In this document: positions 38,285 through 50,640 of the stretch, piece after piece
Numbering within the stretch: the stretch's first letter is position 1
Layout of the letters: each line of letters begins with the position of its first letter
NCBI RefSeq assembly: GCF_018977255.1
Contig: NW_024704742.1
Location: 9,240,001-9,304,000 of the forward strand
Direction of reading: 5' to 3'
DNA from: Callorhinchus milii
Taxonomy: Eukaryota
DNA length: 64,000 nucleotides
Program-made: the position numbers and the translations under genes
Notes under the pieces: model-generated
The model's database searches: none
What the model was told of the DNA's origin: nothing
What the model saw: only the letters and a program-made list of their open reading frames with translations

Positions 38285-38700
38285 TAATAATCCTTGCATT
38301 TGATATAGTGCTTTATCACGTCTTTGAGACGTCTCAAAGCGCTTCACAGAACATACTGTAAAGTGAATTCGCTGTATATTTTGTGGGAGAAACGCGGAAG
38401 CCAATTGTGCACAGCAGTGTCCCACAAGCAGTCATGGACCAATTTATTATTATTAATTTTTTTAAGGAATTATTACCCCCGGAAAAGCGATCCACTTTAC
38501 ATTGATACATTGATGATTTCCGTTCAACCTGTGCTTCTCACATTATTACTGTTCTCTATGCAACAAAGTTCCTCCTAAACTCCGTTTTTTCACCCACAAA
38601 ATATACTGTCATTCCTTTGCAATATATTCTGTGAAATGTTCTGCAACATCTCGAAGACGTGATAAGCTGCTATATCAAATGCAAGGATTATTATTATTAT
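38285..38700. mobile_element. Two oppositely oriented SINE 3' parts (38285-38495 minus; 38590-38700 plus)
   Basis: Tails point outward. Confidence 0.8.
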
Positions 38701-40627
38701 TTTAGATCTGCTACATGCTATCTTATATTTATGCCCCCTTGTTCTGGACTCGCCAGAATGAAGGCTCTTTGCTTTTGTTATGATCTTATCTAGCTGTGCT
38801 GCTACTTTTGGAGTCCAGTGAATCTGAAACTTCTTTGTTCCTCTACCCATCACAGATTTCTACCATTCGGGGAGCGTTGGCTTCTCTACATCATAATACA
38901 TCTCAATGTTAAACTTCATCTGCCAACTATACCCCCATTCTGCAAGCATAAAAATCTCTTCCCCACACCCGCCCCCACCATCCCCCCAATCCCTGTTTGG
39001 GTGTCATCTGTGATTTGTGACACCTCACCTTCTGTATCTGAGCAAATCATTTGTATGCCTGGTACAGTTTGGGTCCTAAAAGAGAGCCCCGCAGAGCAAC
39101 TCAAACAATGCAATGCTTCCCCCAACACTGCAATGAAGTTGTAGCTCCCTCCTTCCTCGACTATGATCTCAAAATCCCGACATTTATCTTGAACTCATAA
39201 TACAATCCAATTTACATTCAAATAATAATAATAATCCTTACATTTGATATAGCGCTTTATCACATCTTCGAGACGTCTCAAAGCACTTCACAGAATATAC
39301 TGTAAAGTGAATTGACTGTGTATCTTGGGGGCGAAATATAGAAACTTTCAAATCTGGAGGAAGTTTCAAAGCACTTATGCAATGCTGGCTCGGCGCCTTA
39401 GCTTGGTGGTGGGAGCTGAGATGGGAGTGGGATGGCCAGGGGAAAGATGACCGAAAGGTCAAAAGAGTATGTTTTAAGAAGAGCCTTGTAAAATTTCTTC
39501 ACCAGCGAATGGTGACAGTCTGTTATTTCAGTCCGTCATATCACAGTCATTAATAGTCTGGGTTTGATATTGTGGACTGAGGTGAGATTTGTAACAACAA
39601 CCACAGATAGTTTCATATTATGTCAAATTAGTCCCATATATACAAACTGCCTGCTACAAGTGACTTCAATGTGGGAATCTAATCACCCACAAATACACAC
39701 TATCACATCACTTTACACTGTATCCTGTGAATCGCTTTGAAATGTCTCAATGAGGTGATAACGTGCTTTATCAAGTGCAAGGATTACTATTATTATTATT
39801 ATCTCAAATTGTTCTTGAAATGGTTCAGCTGAAGCATTCCGTTAAAATGGTGCTATAACATACACGACGGAATATGTCCCAGTAACCTCATCTTATCAAA
39901 TTGAACTAATCTTACTGTGACACTACTGTGAATATCAGAAATACAACTGTTATTTGTATAATAAATGCCTGCTGGGTGAGAATTATTATAATTTTGTGTA
40001 AGGATTCAGAGAGCAACACATAGCAACAAATCAGAATCTCTGAATGAAATTATTATCTTGCAATCTCCTCATTGTTATTATTTACATAATCGCTCCTTTC
40101 TACCTGGTAATCTCAATTTAATAGTTTGTTGTATTGAATTATTCAACAATTTGATTGTTTTAGTGATTGCTGCTGATTTGTAATCCGAGCAAATACATGT
40201 CTGATTCAGATCCTATCAACCAAACCGTCATTACATAAATATCGCACCATTAGAAAAGGCATTTGGGGTCTATTTTGCAGGTTGGGTTAACAATATGTAA
40301 ATGCTTGTCCACCGGAGGGAATTATAAGTGCCCTGAGTTCCATAATCAACACCCAGTAAAAAGGATCGTATGAGTGCAATGATATGATCAGTGGCATAGC
40401 AATCAATCATGTATCACAGAATCATTTCACACATCACAGAATTATAACACAAACCTCATGAATTTCCTTGTGGTAGATGGAGCCCTCGCAGCACTCTGAG
40501 ATGCTATCCTGTGTAGAGGGTACTATATAAATGCAAGTTGTTGTTGTCATCAAATTGTGGACTTGGCAAGTAAACTGCTCGGGGAGCCTTAACCTAACAT
40601 AATGTAGTTTTCTAGACCTTGGAATTC

Positions 40628-41200
40628 AAACAACAACTTGCCTTTACACGACGACCTTCATATGGGTAGCGTTTCATAGCACTTAACAGTGGCTGAGCTT
40701 GACACACAGCCGGAGAGATGGGAGGTGATCACAGGCATGATCGAAGAAGAAGGTCTTCAGGTATGATCTGAAGAAGGTGGTAAGGCAGAGGGATTGACCA
40801 AAGAGTTCCAGAGTTTTGTGGTGTGCTGGCTGAAAGCAGTCCTGCTGATGGTGAAGCGGAGGGGATGAAGGATGTGTAGAAGGCCGGAGCTAGCTCAGCA
40901 ACGGAGACAGGTCTTGGAGTTGAGTATAAGGAGGTCATAGAGGTAGGGAAATGATTGGGCGTGAATTGTAAGAATCTTGCAATTGATGCTTTCTGAAATA
41001 CAGAGCCAATGGAGTCTCATAAGGACTGGGGTGATGAGGGTATGGAGTTTGGGATGAGTGAGAATACGAGCAGCGGACTTTTGGTCAGTTGGATTTTGTG
41101 AGGGGTGGAGTTGGCAAGGAGGGCACTGGAAAAATCAAGGTGGGAGGTGATGAATGCATGAATGAGGGTTTCAGTTTATTTGTGGGTGAAGTCTGGTAAG
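40628..41200 (-). mobile_element. Older L2 3' fragment, second family
   Basis: HAFITSHLDFS...LHWL remnants and a (GTT)n tail. Confidence 0.8.
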
Positions 41201-41911
41201 GCGTGATGAAGTGAGGTAAGACAGGGTCAGACCCCAAGTGAGGGGGTAGGAGGAAGGAGGAGGTGGCCTTAGGTGCCAGTGAAAAGCTAAGTTGTAATAA
41301 TTAATAAGCAATTCTTACATTTGATGCAGCGCCTTTCACGTCAGAAGGATGTCTCAAACAGCTTTATAGGATTTTACTGTGAGTTGTAGTGACTGGGTGT
41401 GTTGTCAGTGAACACTGCAGCTAATTTGCGCACAGCAATGTCTGACAACAAACCTAAAATAAGTGACCAATTATTCAGGACACCGGGAGATATGTTCTTC
41501 TCGTACGTTACTCTGAAACTCAGTGGGAGAGAGGGGCTCAGGCCCGTTTCAGGGCCAGAAGGATACAACGAAACCACTGACTCAAATTCAAATCCATTTT
41601 CCCCTCCATTGTGTTTCATGGCCGAGGAATTATATTGAGTTGGGGAGATTGACTTGGAGGTTGTAATGTTAATGAAAACATCTTGGTTTGTGATTGGAAT
41701 AGGAGCTGAGGCTTCACCACTTTCACCACCACAGCGATTGCCTGTGAAATACACTTTGTTCCATCAGGCTTTAATTGTAGAAATCGCGCTTTTTGTAAAA
41801 CTCTCTCCCTCCGTCGAGATATTTTTCATATTTCACAGCTTGCAGTGTTATCTGTCTTGAGGAGGCTGATGATAGCAAACACTGTCCTGTTATCTTGGAG
41901 TTTAAAATCAC

Positions 41912-42040
41912 CAACTCACCCACACCTCCTCACCCTCACCACCTCACCCTCACCACCTCACCCTCACTCACACCACCTCAGCTACACCACCTCACCCATG
42001 CAACCTCGCCCACACCACCTCATTCTCGCCAACACCACAA
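41912..42040. repeat. Degenerate (CACCACCTCACC)-type minisatellite
   Basis: Seen directly in the sequence. Confidence 0.8.
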
Positions 42041-42420
42041 ACCTTGCCCCGAAAACAATTTCAAACCAACTATTGATAAATGTTAGTAACAGAATACAGC
42101 ACATCAAAATGGGGGATGCAATTTTCTTAAAAAGGATCGGCATCATTCAGTACACGGTTGTTGATAAGCCCGACCTTCTGCCACTCTGCTCCCACCCTCT
42201 GGAACTCCATCCCGCAGTCCCTCCACCTTGCCTGCTCCCTTGCCTCCTTCAAGACCTATGAAGGATGCAGGGAAGGGAGCGGGGAGGGCTACAAAACACA
42301 CTAAACTGGGCGAATAAAAACACTCCTCGTATGAGCTTTAGGTTTTAGATGAGATTTCTACTCTTTCTAACTAAGTTACAACTGAAAAAAGTTGAAACGC
42401 CTACCAGTCCTGAACGTGAA

Positions 42421-42972
42421 AGTGGAGACCTGTAACTTAATGGTTAGAGCGCTCGCCTCGCAAGTGAAAGGACCTGGGTTCAATTCCCGGCAGGGTGAAA
42501 CATTAGGCAAGCTTCCTTACTCCACACTCCTCTGTTTACCTAGCAGTAAGTAGGAACCCGACCTTCTGCCACTCTGCTCCCACCATCTGGAACTCCGTCC
42601 CACAGTCCCTCCGTCCCGCAGTCCCTCCACCTTGCCTGCTCCCTTGTCTACTTCAAGACCCATCTCAAGACCCTCCTCTTTGACTGTGCTTTTGATTTCC
42701 CTGCTTCCTCCCTGCTCTCCATCCTTGCCAATCCTGATCCCCAGCTCAGGTCTGACACACTGACTGTCCCGCGCCTTGGGATATCTTGCCGACGTGAAAG
42801 GCGCTATACACATGTCATTTTGTTATTGTTGTTAGTCGATTAGCGGTTCGCTTTTTTGGAGGTAATAATTCCTTCAAAAAAATAAATGAATAATTTGGTC
42901 ACTTGATCCATGACTGTTAGTGGGACAGTTACATCAAAGGCACTATATCAAATGCAAGGATTATTATTATTA
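42421..42972 (+). mobile_element. tRNA-CORE SINE interrupted by an L2 fragment (about 42560-42830)
   Basis: The SINE breaks at AGGAACCCG and resumes at TTGTTAGTCGATT. Confidence 0.85.
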
Positions 42973-43451
42973 TTTTAAAGTGTCAGCCAATTTGCTGAGT
43001 TATTCGTGTGCTGTCAGCAGATAGGTCACTGCAATGAGACGCCAGGAACTTCAAAGGAACTTCAAATAACTGGAGAAATAAAAGGGCTTGTCTCCTTATG
43101 CAAAAGTCCCTGGCAAATCTTTGATCCGAGAAGGGGGGTAAAGAGTAAAAAGAGAGTGTGGCAACATCACAAGGTTGGCCTGAATGAAAAAGACCCTTCA
43201 GCCCATCTGATCTCATCTCTCCAGAACACCCACCCTACCATACTCCTATTGAGCTGCTTTTTAAATGGTTCCAGTGTCCTGGCCTCAACTACCCTCCCTG
43301 GCATGTGGTCTGAAACTGTGATCTCAAAGTCCCAAACTGGTGCACAACCTCTGCCAGAGGCGAGCATCCTCCCAACTGAACCAGACACCAAACTGGTTGT
43401 AGAATGGTCTGTAGTTCTGGGAATCCCCAGCCAAAACCCCTCCACCTCTAC

Positions 43452-44063
43452 CAGCTCTGTGGTTAAAACACTCGCAAGCGAGAAACCTGGATTGAATTCC
43501 CAGCGGGGCCAAATGTTAGGCGAGTTTCCTTACTCCCACAACTCTGTTTATCAGCCTCTCTGCCTCCACTCTCTGGGACTCCATCCCACAATCCTGTCGC
43601 CTCCTCTCTCCCTTGCCTCCTTCAAGGCACGACTCAAGACCCTCCTTTTTGACTGTGTCTTCAGTTGTCCTCCGAACCCCTCTGTGCTCCCTCATCCCAA
43701 ACCAGCCCCCCACGCTCGGGTCCTGATCCCTGACTGTTCAGCGCCTTGGGATATCTTCCCGACGTGAAAGGCGCTTTACAAATTTCGTTGTTGTTGCTAT
43801 TGTTTATCTAGCAGTAAATAGAAACCTGGTTATTAGTCGATTGGTGAATCATTTGTCCGGGAGTAACAATTCCTTCAAAAAAAAAAAAATTGGTCACTTC
43901 AATTCACGACTGTTTGTGGAACATGTTCTGTGCACAATTGGCTGCTGCTTTTTGCCCACAAAACATACAGTCAATTCACTTTACAGTATATTCTATGAAG
44001 CGCTTTGAGACATCTTGAAGATGTGATAAGGCACTACATCAAATACAAGGATTATTATTATTA
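43452..44063 (+). mobile_element. tRNA-CORE-Deu SINE interrupted by an L2 fragment (43553-43800)
   Basis: 8-bp TSD TGTTTATC at 43545-43552 and 43801-43808. Confidence 0.88.
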
Positions 44064-44261
44064 TCACATGCAAGTGACCTGAACATGACTCCACATCTTA
44101 TAGTTTACAGTGCATGGAAACAATAAAACATGATATTATTTTCATTTATTTACTTCATTTTTGAAATAACAGGTAATGTACTTTATTGGTACAATTTGAT
44201 GTCAGCTTGTTAAAAAAATAGCCACGTCCCATAACTTCTAAATGTTTGACAAAAGCTTAGT

Positions 44262-44900
44262 GTCGGCTTAGCTCAGTCAGTAGCAGTTTGACCTCCAGGT
44301 TGTCATCTCAAGCCCCACATTGGAACCTAAACTCAAATTCTATGCCAACACTCCTGGGTGGAGCTACAACATTGGGAGCATTAATTTTGGATGAGATATT
44401 AAACCAAGGTTCTGTCCTGCCTGTTCAGGTGAACGTTAAAATCTCATAATTATTTATACATAAATGGGAGTTTTTCCTTGTGTCCCAGCTAACAGCTTGA
44501 CACGTTAAAGTGGCTGTTGGCTGGCGGACGTGTTGCTTACCGGAACAGTCAACACACTTGTCAGCAATTGCTTGTGAGGTGCGTTTGAAATGTTCCAATA
44601 TTGGTCTATGAAATCCATGTTCTTTCTTACACTTCTTACTATTTGATTGTTGAATTTGAACTGGAATAGTCCAGGCTCACACTGCAATACAGTGGTTCAG
44701 GAACGTTGCCAAATCAGTGGTGCTGTCCTTCGGATGAGACATTAACCTGACCTCCAGCCTGCCTGCTTGAGTGGACATTAAAGATCTCAAAGCACATTGT
44801 TTGTGCGATATTGGGTACACAAATTAATTGCCACATATGCCTATGAATACACAATCAAGGCACTTCACAGTAAAAATCTCTGAAGCACTTTGAGACACCT
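44262..44900 (+). mobile_element. Two Deu-SINE relics (44262-44490 and 44675-44900)
   Basis: GGATGAGA.ATTAA..C and G.ACRTTAAA.ATCTC blocks. Confidence 0.65.
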
Positions 44901-45235
44901 CCACTGATACATCCATATCCTGATATTCACTAAAGGAGAGAGGGATAAAAGAGAGTTGAACCTCTGAATAATTTAATAATTATTATATGATTATTATGGT
45001 GGTGGTGATGGTGGGTGTTTGCGGGGCGGGGGGGGGGGGGGGGGGCGGTGTGAGGGGGGGTTGCGGTGGGATATTAACGTGAACAGAAACTTGATGTGAG
45101 TGAAAGAAGTGCCTTGAATCTTTTTCTGTTGGAGAAGCTTTTCAAAAGTGGAAGCTTTGCCAGAAAGGCCAATTCCAGTCCTTCTTTACTCATGCATGTA
45201 TTTGATAGCCTCCTAACTTTGGAGATATCAGGTAT

Positions 45236-48200
45236 CCAGTCGGGGAGCGGCAGCAGGACAGCGCGGGGAGGAGCCTGGGCCTACTGACCCAGGTACTTAA
45301 ACTCGACGCCGGAGCGAGTGCAGCCCCGGGGGGGGAGGGGACGGAGCGGGGGAACTGCGACGTCATAGATTAGTTTTCAGGTGAGTGCGCGCGCACAAAA
45401 AAAAAAAAAAAAAAAAAAAACCCTCCGCGCCCCCCCCCCCAGGGCTCACATCAGAGCCCACTATGGTCCTGTTGGGTTCGATGCCCCAATCTGCGGGATA
45501 ATGCCATCCACCTGACCGCTCGCTCCCGGTCCCCGCGTGCGCACTATGGCTGCCGCTTTGACCCGAGCCCCCTCACCCCCCCCCTCCCCCCCCTCCTCTC
45601 TCCCCCAAACCCTCCCCCTCTCCATCTCTCCCGCTCTCTCCTCCTCTCTCTCCGTCCCTCTCGTCTTCTATCCCCACTTGACCCTCCCACAACCTCCCTC
45701 TGTTCCAGTCTGGGAATCCTCCGCCGGGCTCACCGTGGCACTCGGCGTTGGCTGTCCAGCAGCAGCCACACCGACTGCCCCATTCCCCACCACACTCGCC
45801 ACCCACCCCGGACACAGACCCGGGGAGTCAACCTCTCCTCCCTCATCCCCATCTCCCCCACCCCTGCCTCACAACCTGGACCCCCCTCCCCTCCCACACA
45901 CCCTTCTGTCAACCGCTCCCTCCACATCGGACTGCAAAATGTCCGCTCCCTCTGCAACAAGGCCCTGGTCATCAACGATCTCATCCTTGATGAGAACGTT
46001 GATATCATGGCCTTGACAGAAACCTGGCTCACCCCAGGCGACACCTTCCCCCTCACGGAGGCCACGCCACCCGGCTACACCTCCCACCACATCCCCCGCC
46101 CCAACCGCCGTGGCGGTGGTGTTGCCCTTATCTCAAGGACACCACTTGCCCTATCCCCCTACTCCTCTGGCTCTTTCCCCTCCTTTGAGCACCTCACCCT
46201 CTCCCACCCCTCATTCCTCTCCCTTAAAATCCTCCTCCTCTACCGGCCCCCTAAAACCTCTCCCACCTTCATCTCTGACATTTCAACACTCCTCACATCT
46301 CTTTGCCTCTCCTCTGATCGCCTCATCATCCTGGGCGACTTTAACCTACACTTCACCCCCTCCTGCTCCATCTCCACAGACTTCTCTTCCCTGCTCTCCT
46401 CACTCAACCTCTCCCTACACATAAACTCCCCCACTCACAGTCACGGCCACCCACTCGATTTGGTGATCACCCGGGGCCTCAGTGTCTCGGATGTCACTAT
46501 TACCGACAAGGCCATCTCCGACCACTACTTCATCTCCTTCACCACCTCCACCCCCCTCCCCACCTCCACCAGACCCACCACCATCTTCTACCGCCCTTGG
46601 AAGAAGTTACCCCCACAATCCCTAACCGATGCCTTGGAGTCCTCTGAACTCCTCTCCCTCTGGCCTTCAACCCTCACCGACCCCTCTTCTCCTCTCTCCC
46701 TCCTCCACAATATCCTCTCCTCCACACTCGATACTCTTGCCCCCATCACTTCCCGCACTGTCTCCTACTCCCGCTCCTCCCCCTGGTACACCACCCACCT
46801 CCGCTCACTGAAATGCCAGGTGCGGGCTGCTGAGCGCACCTTTGTCAAATCCGGCTTAACGGTCCACCGACAAATCTGGCTGGACCTCCTCAAAATTTAC
46901 CGCTCCACTCTAGCCTCGGCCAAGTCGTCCTTCTACTCCAGGATAATCCTGGAGGCGAAGAACAACCCCAGGCTACTGTTTTCCACCACATCCCGACTCC
47001 TCCGTCCCCCCCGCCACCCCGCGCAGGTCATCTCCTCCAACCTTCACTGCGAGGAGATGCTGGATTTCCTTGAATCCAAGATCAAGGGAATCCGCTCCGC
47101 GGTCACTTCCCCTCCAACTTCCACCCACCACCCACCCCTTCCCTCCCACACTCCGACTCCTACCCATCCTCCCCTACACACCTTCGTACCCGTTTCCCCA
47201 CCCTCTGTCACTGAACTCATCCTATCCCTAAAACCAACCACCTGCTCCCTTGACCCCATCCCCACTCCACTCCTTATCTCCCAGCTCCATTTTCTTGCCC
47301 CACACATCACTGACATCATAAACCTGTCCCTCTCCTCTGGCTCTGTCCCCATTCCATTAAAAACTGCCATCATCACGCCCACCCTGAAAAAACCCTCCCT
47401 TGATGCGTCGCAGCTATCAAGCTACCGGCCCATCTCCAACCTCCCCTTTCTCTCCAAGGTCTTGGAAAGAGTTGTCGCCTCCCAACTGCGCTCTTTCCTC
47501 TCCACCCATTCTCTTTTTGAACCCCTTCAGTCAGGTTTCCGTGCTGCTCATAGCACAGAAACTGCCCTGGTCAAGGTCACCAATGATATCCTGACTATCT
47601 GTGACCAGGGCTCCCTCTGTCTCCTCGTCCTCCTCGACCTATCGGCAGCATTCGATACGGTCGACCACGCTATCCTACTCCACCGCTTGTCCTCCCACCT
47701 CAACCTTCAAGGCACTGTCCTTGAATGGTTTAGCTCTTACCTTTCCCACCGTCTTCACTTCGTCTCAACGAATGGCTTCTCCTCCACCCCCCGTACTGTC
47801 TCATGTGGTGTCCCTCAGGGCTCTGTCCTCGGTCCCCTCCTCTTCACCCTCTATATGCTCCCCCTCGGTGACATCATCCGCAAACATGGGGTTAACTTCC
47901 ACATGTATGCGGATGACACCCAACTCTACCTTTCCTCCTCTACTCTCAACTCCACGACCACCGATGTCCTGACAGCCTGCCTGTCCGACATCGAGTCCTG
48001 GACGAGAGACAACTTTCTTCAGCTCAACGTGCGAAAAACCGAGGCCCTCCTGATTGGCTCACGTCAGCGCCTCCGCACCTCAGGCGCTGACACCATCAGC
48101 ATCCAAGGCTGCACTCTCCACCTCTCAAAGCCAGTCAGGAACCTCGGCGTTTTGTTCGACCCTGAGCTGTCCTTTCTCCCTCACATCCGCACCACAACTG

Positions 48201-48957
48201 GCACCGCCTTCCATCACCTCCGGAATATCGCCAGATTACGGCACTACCTCACCCCTCACGCTGCTGAAACCCTGGTTCACGCCTTTGTCACCTCAAGGCT
48301 GGACTATGGGAACTCTCTCCTCGCCGGCCTTCCCGGCACCTCCCTCCACAAGCTGCAGGTCATTCAGAACTCTGCAGCTCGTGTACTGTCCCGCACCAGG
48401 CTTCGGGACCACATCACTCCCACCCTCGCTCGCCTCCACTGGCTCCCCATCCCCCAGAGGATTGATTTCAAGATCCTCATCCTCACCTACAAGGCCATTC
48501 ACGGCCTTGCTCCCTCCTACCTCTCCAACCTACTATCCCCCTACCTACCTGCCCGTACCCTCCGTTCCTCTGGCTCCGGTCTGCTCCACGTCCCCCGCCC
48601 CAACCGCCCTACTATCGGTGGTCGGGCCTTCAGCCTCTCAGCCCCGAGGCTCTGGAACTCCATCCCCCAGTGCCTTCGCCTTGCTTCCTCCCTTTCCTCC
48701 TTCAAGGCCGGTCTCAAAACCTTTCTCTTTGACCGTGCCTTCAGCTCCCCTCTCGACTCTCTTCCTCCTCCTCGCTCCCTCCCTTCCCTCCCCTCACCCT
48801 GACCATTTCCCCCCTCCTCTCTCCCTCCCTTCCCTCCCCTCACCCTGACCATTTCCCCCCTGCTCGGGTCATGACCCAACTGTGCAGCGCCTTGGGACGT
48901 CCTCCTGACGTGAAAGGCGCTCTATAAATGGAATCTTGTTGTTGTTGTTGTTGTTGT
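45236..48957 (+). mobile_element. Near full-length young L2-clade LINE, single-ORF type
   Basis: It has a CpG-rich 5' region, an uninterrupted APE-RT frame, a 3' stem-loop (GCGCCTT-GGG-ACGTC-CTCCT-GACGT-GA-AAGGCGC) and a (GTT)n tail ending near 48957. The 5' boundary is approximate; a possible 4-bp TSD GTAT lies at 45232-45235 and 48956-48959. Confidence 0.93.
46007..48802 (+). CDS. L2 ORF2-type protein: apurinic-like endonuclease plus reverse transcriptase (931 aa from the first in-frame ATG; frame open from 45374)
   Basis: APE motifs: [37 protein letters not shown] motifs: [52 protein letters not shown]2-type C-terminus: [19 protein letters not shown]. Confidence 0.96.
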   Translation: MALTETWLTPGDTFPLTEATPPGYTSHHIPRPNRRGGGVALISRTPLALSPYSSGSFPSFEHLTLSHPSFLSLKILLLYRPPKTSPTFISDISTLLTSLCLSSDRLIILGDFNLHFTPSCSISTDFSSLLSSLNLSLHINSPTHSHGHPLDLVITRGLSVSDVTITDKAISDHYFISFTTSTPLPTSTRPTTIFYRPWKKLPPQSLTDALESSELLSLWPSTLTDPSSPLSLLHNILSSTLDTLAPITSRTVSYSRSSPWYTTHLRSLKCQVRAAERTFVKSGLTVHRQIWLDLLKIYRSTLASAKSSFYSRIILEAKNNPRLLFSTTSRLLRPPRHPAQVISSNLHCEEMLDFLESKIKGIRSAVTSPPTSTHHPPLPSHTPTPTHPPLHTFVPVSPPSVTELILSLKPTTCSLDPIPTPLLISQLHFLAPHITDIINLSLSSGSVPIPLKTAIITPTLKKPSLDASQLSSYRPISNLPFLSKVLERVVASQLRSFLSTHSLFEPLQSGFRAAHSTETALVKVTNDILTICDQGSLCLLVLLDLSAAFDTVDHAILLHRLSSHLNLQGTVLEWFSSYLSHRLHFVSTNGFSSTPRTVSCGVPQGSVLGPLLFTLYMLPLGDIIRKHGVNFHMYADDTQLYLSSSTLNSTTTDVLTACLSDIESWTRDNFLQLNVRKTEALLIGSRQRLRTSGADTISIQGCTLHLSKPVRNLGVLFDPELSFLPHIRTTTGTAFHHLRNIARLRHYLTPHAAETLVHAFVTSRLDYGNSLLAGLPGTSLHKLQVIQNSAARVLSRTRLRDHITPTLARLHWLPIPQRIDFKILILTYKAIHGLAPSYLSNLLSPYLPARTLRSSGSGLLHVPRPNRPTIGGRAFSLSAPRLWNSIPQCLRLASSLSSFKAGLKTFLFDRAFSSPLDSLPPPRSLPSLPSP

Positions 48958-48959
48958 AT

Positions 48960-50640
48960 AACTGAGTAAATCTCAGAGGCCGGATAAATTGGATCTGAGG
49001 ATCCTTAAGGAACTAAGGGAGGAAGTCGCTGGCACAAATCTTTCAGAAATCACTGAATACTGGAGAGGTGCTGGGGGAATAGAGAAGGGCAGATGCTACT
49101 CCTATTTTTAAGAAAGGTAACAAAGAGGTTATGATTAATCTATATAAAACACTGGTTAGGCCTCAGTTAGAATGCTGTGCCCAGTTCTGGAAGGATGTTA
49201 AGGCATTGGAAAGGATGCAGAGGAGATTTACGAGGATGGTACCAGGAATGAGGGACCTTGATTATGAGGAAAGGCTGGAGAGGTTAAGATTATTCTCATT
49301 GGAGCAGAGAAGGTTACAAAGAGACCTAATAGAGGTCTTCAAAATCATGAGGGGATTTGATAGGTTAGAAAGGGAAAAACTGTTTCCACTGGTGGGTGTA
49401 TCGGTGACTCGAGGTCACAGATTCAAAATAGTATCTAAAAGAAGCAGAGGGGAGGAGAGAAGAAATTTTTTCATGCAGCGAGTTGTTCAAATCTGGAATG
49501 CATTACCTGAAAGGGTGGTCGAGGCTGATTCGATAACTATTTTTAAAAACACGGTGGACGGGTATTTGAGGAGGGTTTGCAGGGTTATGGGGAAAGGGCT
49601 GGGAAGTGGGATTGACATTAATTGCTCTATTCAAAGAGCCGGCACAAACTCAATGGGCCCAATGGCCTCTTTTTGTGCTGTACAATTCTATGATATGATT
49701 CTATGAAAAGTGACCAATGAAACTACAGACCAGTAAGTTTGACGTCCATTGTGAGTAAAATTATGGAGACTCTTATTAAGCATGCAGCATCTGGACAGAT
49801 CGGGCAGATCGGTGGCAGATGAAATTCAATGTGGAGAAATCTTAAGTACTTCACATGGGGACAAACAATCCTGGAAGGGATTATTATTTGAATGGGATGA
49901 AAATAAAATGTATTGAAAATGAAAAAGACCTGGGCATCTTGATTGACAATAAATTGAAGCTCTCCCAACAATGCTCTATGGCAGTGAGTAAAGCAAACCA
50001 GATGTTGGGATGTATCAAAAGATCAATAGCAAGTCAAAATAGTGGGGTAATCCTGCCACTGTATAAATCATTAGCGAGACCATACTCAGAGTACCGTTTA
50101 CAGTTCTGGTCAGGCAGTACAAAAAGGATATGGGAGAAATCGAGAGGATACAGAGGAGGGCAACCAAAATGATTGAGGGAATGGAAGGATTGGTCTATGA
50201 GGAGCAACTAGGTAAATTGAGCATGTTCATGCTGAAAAGAGAAGCTCGAGAGGCTACATGATTGCTATCTTTAAGATTCTAAATGGGCAGGACGATATAG
50301 ATTATGACAGGCTGTTTCAACTTGTCCAGAATAGTAAAACCAGAGGACATGGTCTGCGATTGAAGGGGGGGGAATTCAGAATGAATCTACGCAAACACTA
50401 TTTCAGTGAGCGAATAATGAACCTGTGGAACAGGCTCCCTAGAGAGATGGTTGAAGCAGGAAATGTCGATTCTTTCAAACACAGGCTAGATAGTTTTCTT
50501 TTAGGAAATAACATTATGGGATACAGTGCAATGGGTAGTTCAGGACATATGTGCAATGCGACTGCCAGGAAGGTGGAAGGAAAACAAAATAGATCTTGGT
50601 CTTTTTACATCTAGCGTTTGTTATGTTCTCATATTCTTAA
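48960..50640 (+). mobile_element. Older CR1 fragment, internally deleted and split by a younger CR1
   Basis: KSQRPD..RILKELREE..FKKGNK, then NYRPVSLTSIVSKIME, a jump to WQMKFN, EKDLGIL, ANQMLGCIKR, TRGHGLRL, WNRLP. Confidence 0.88.
49122..49705 (+). mobile_element. Younger CR1 3' fragment nested in the older CR1
   Basis: ORF 49131-49706 LYKTLVRPQLE..ERLERLRLFSLEQRRL; ATTCTATG tail. Confidence 0.9.

Noticed and set aside
43006..43767. 253-aa ORF
   Set aside because: A read-through of antisense CR1, SINE and L2 fragments.
45537..46016. 159-aa Pro/Ser-rich ORF as a possible L2 ORF1
   Set aside because: It has no ORF1 domain (esterase, zinc knuckle, RRM), and the conserved L2 motifs lie in the overlapping frame. 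It is a by-product of C-rich sequence.
48054..48848. 264-aa overlapping ORF in the L2
   Set aside because: An alternative frame of C-rich DNA, which is naturally poor in stop codons.
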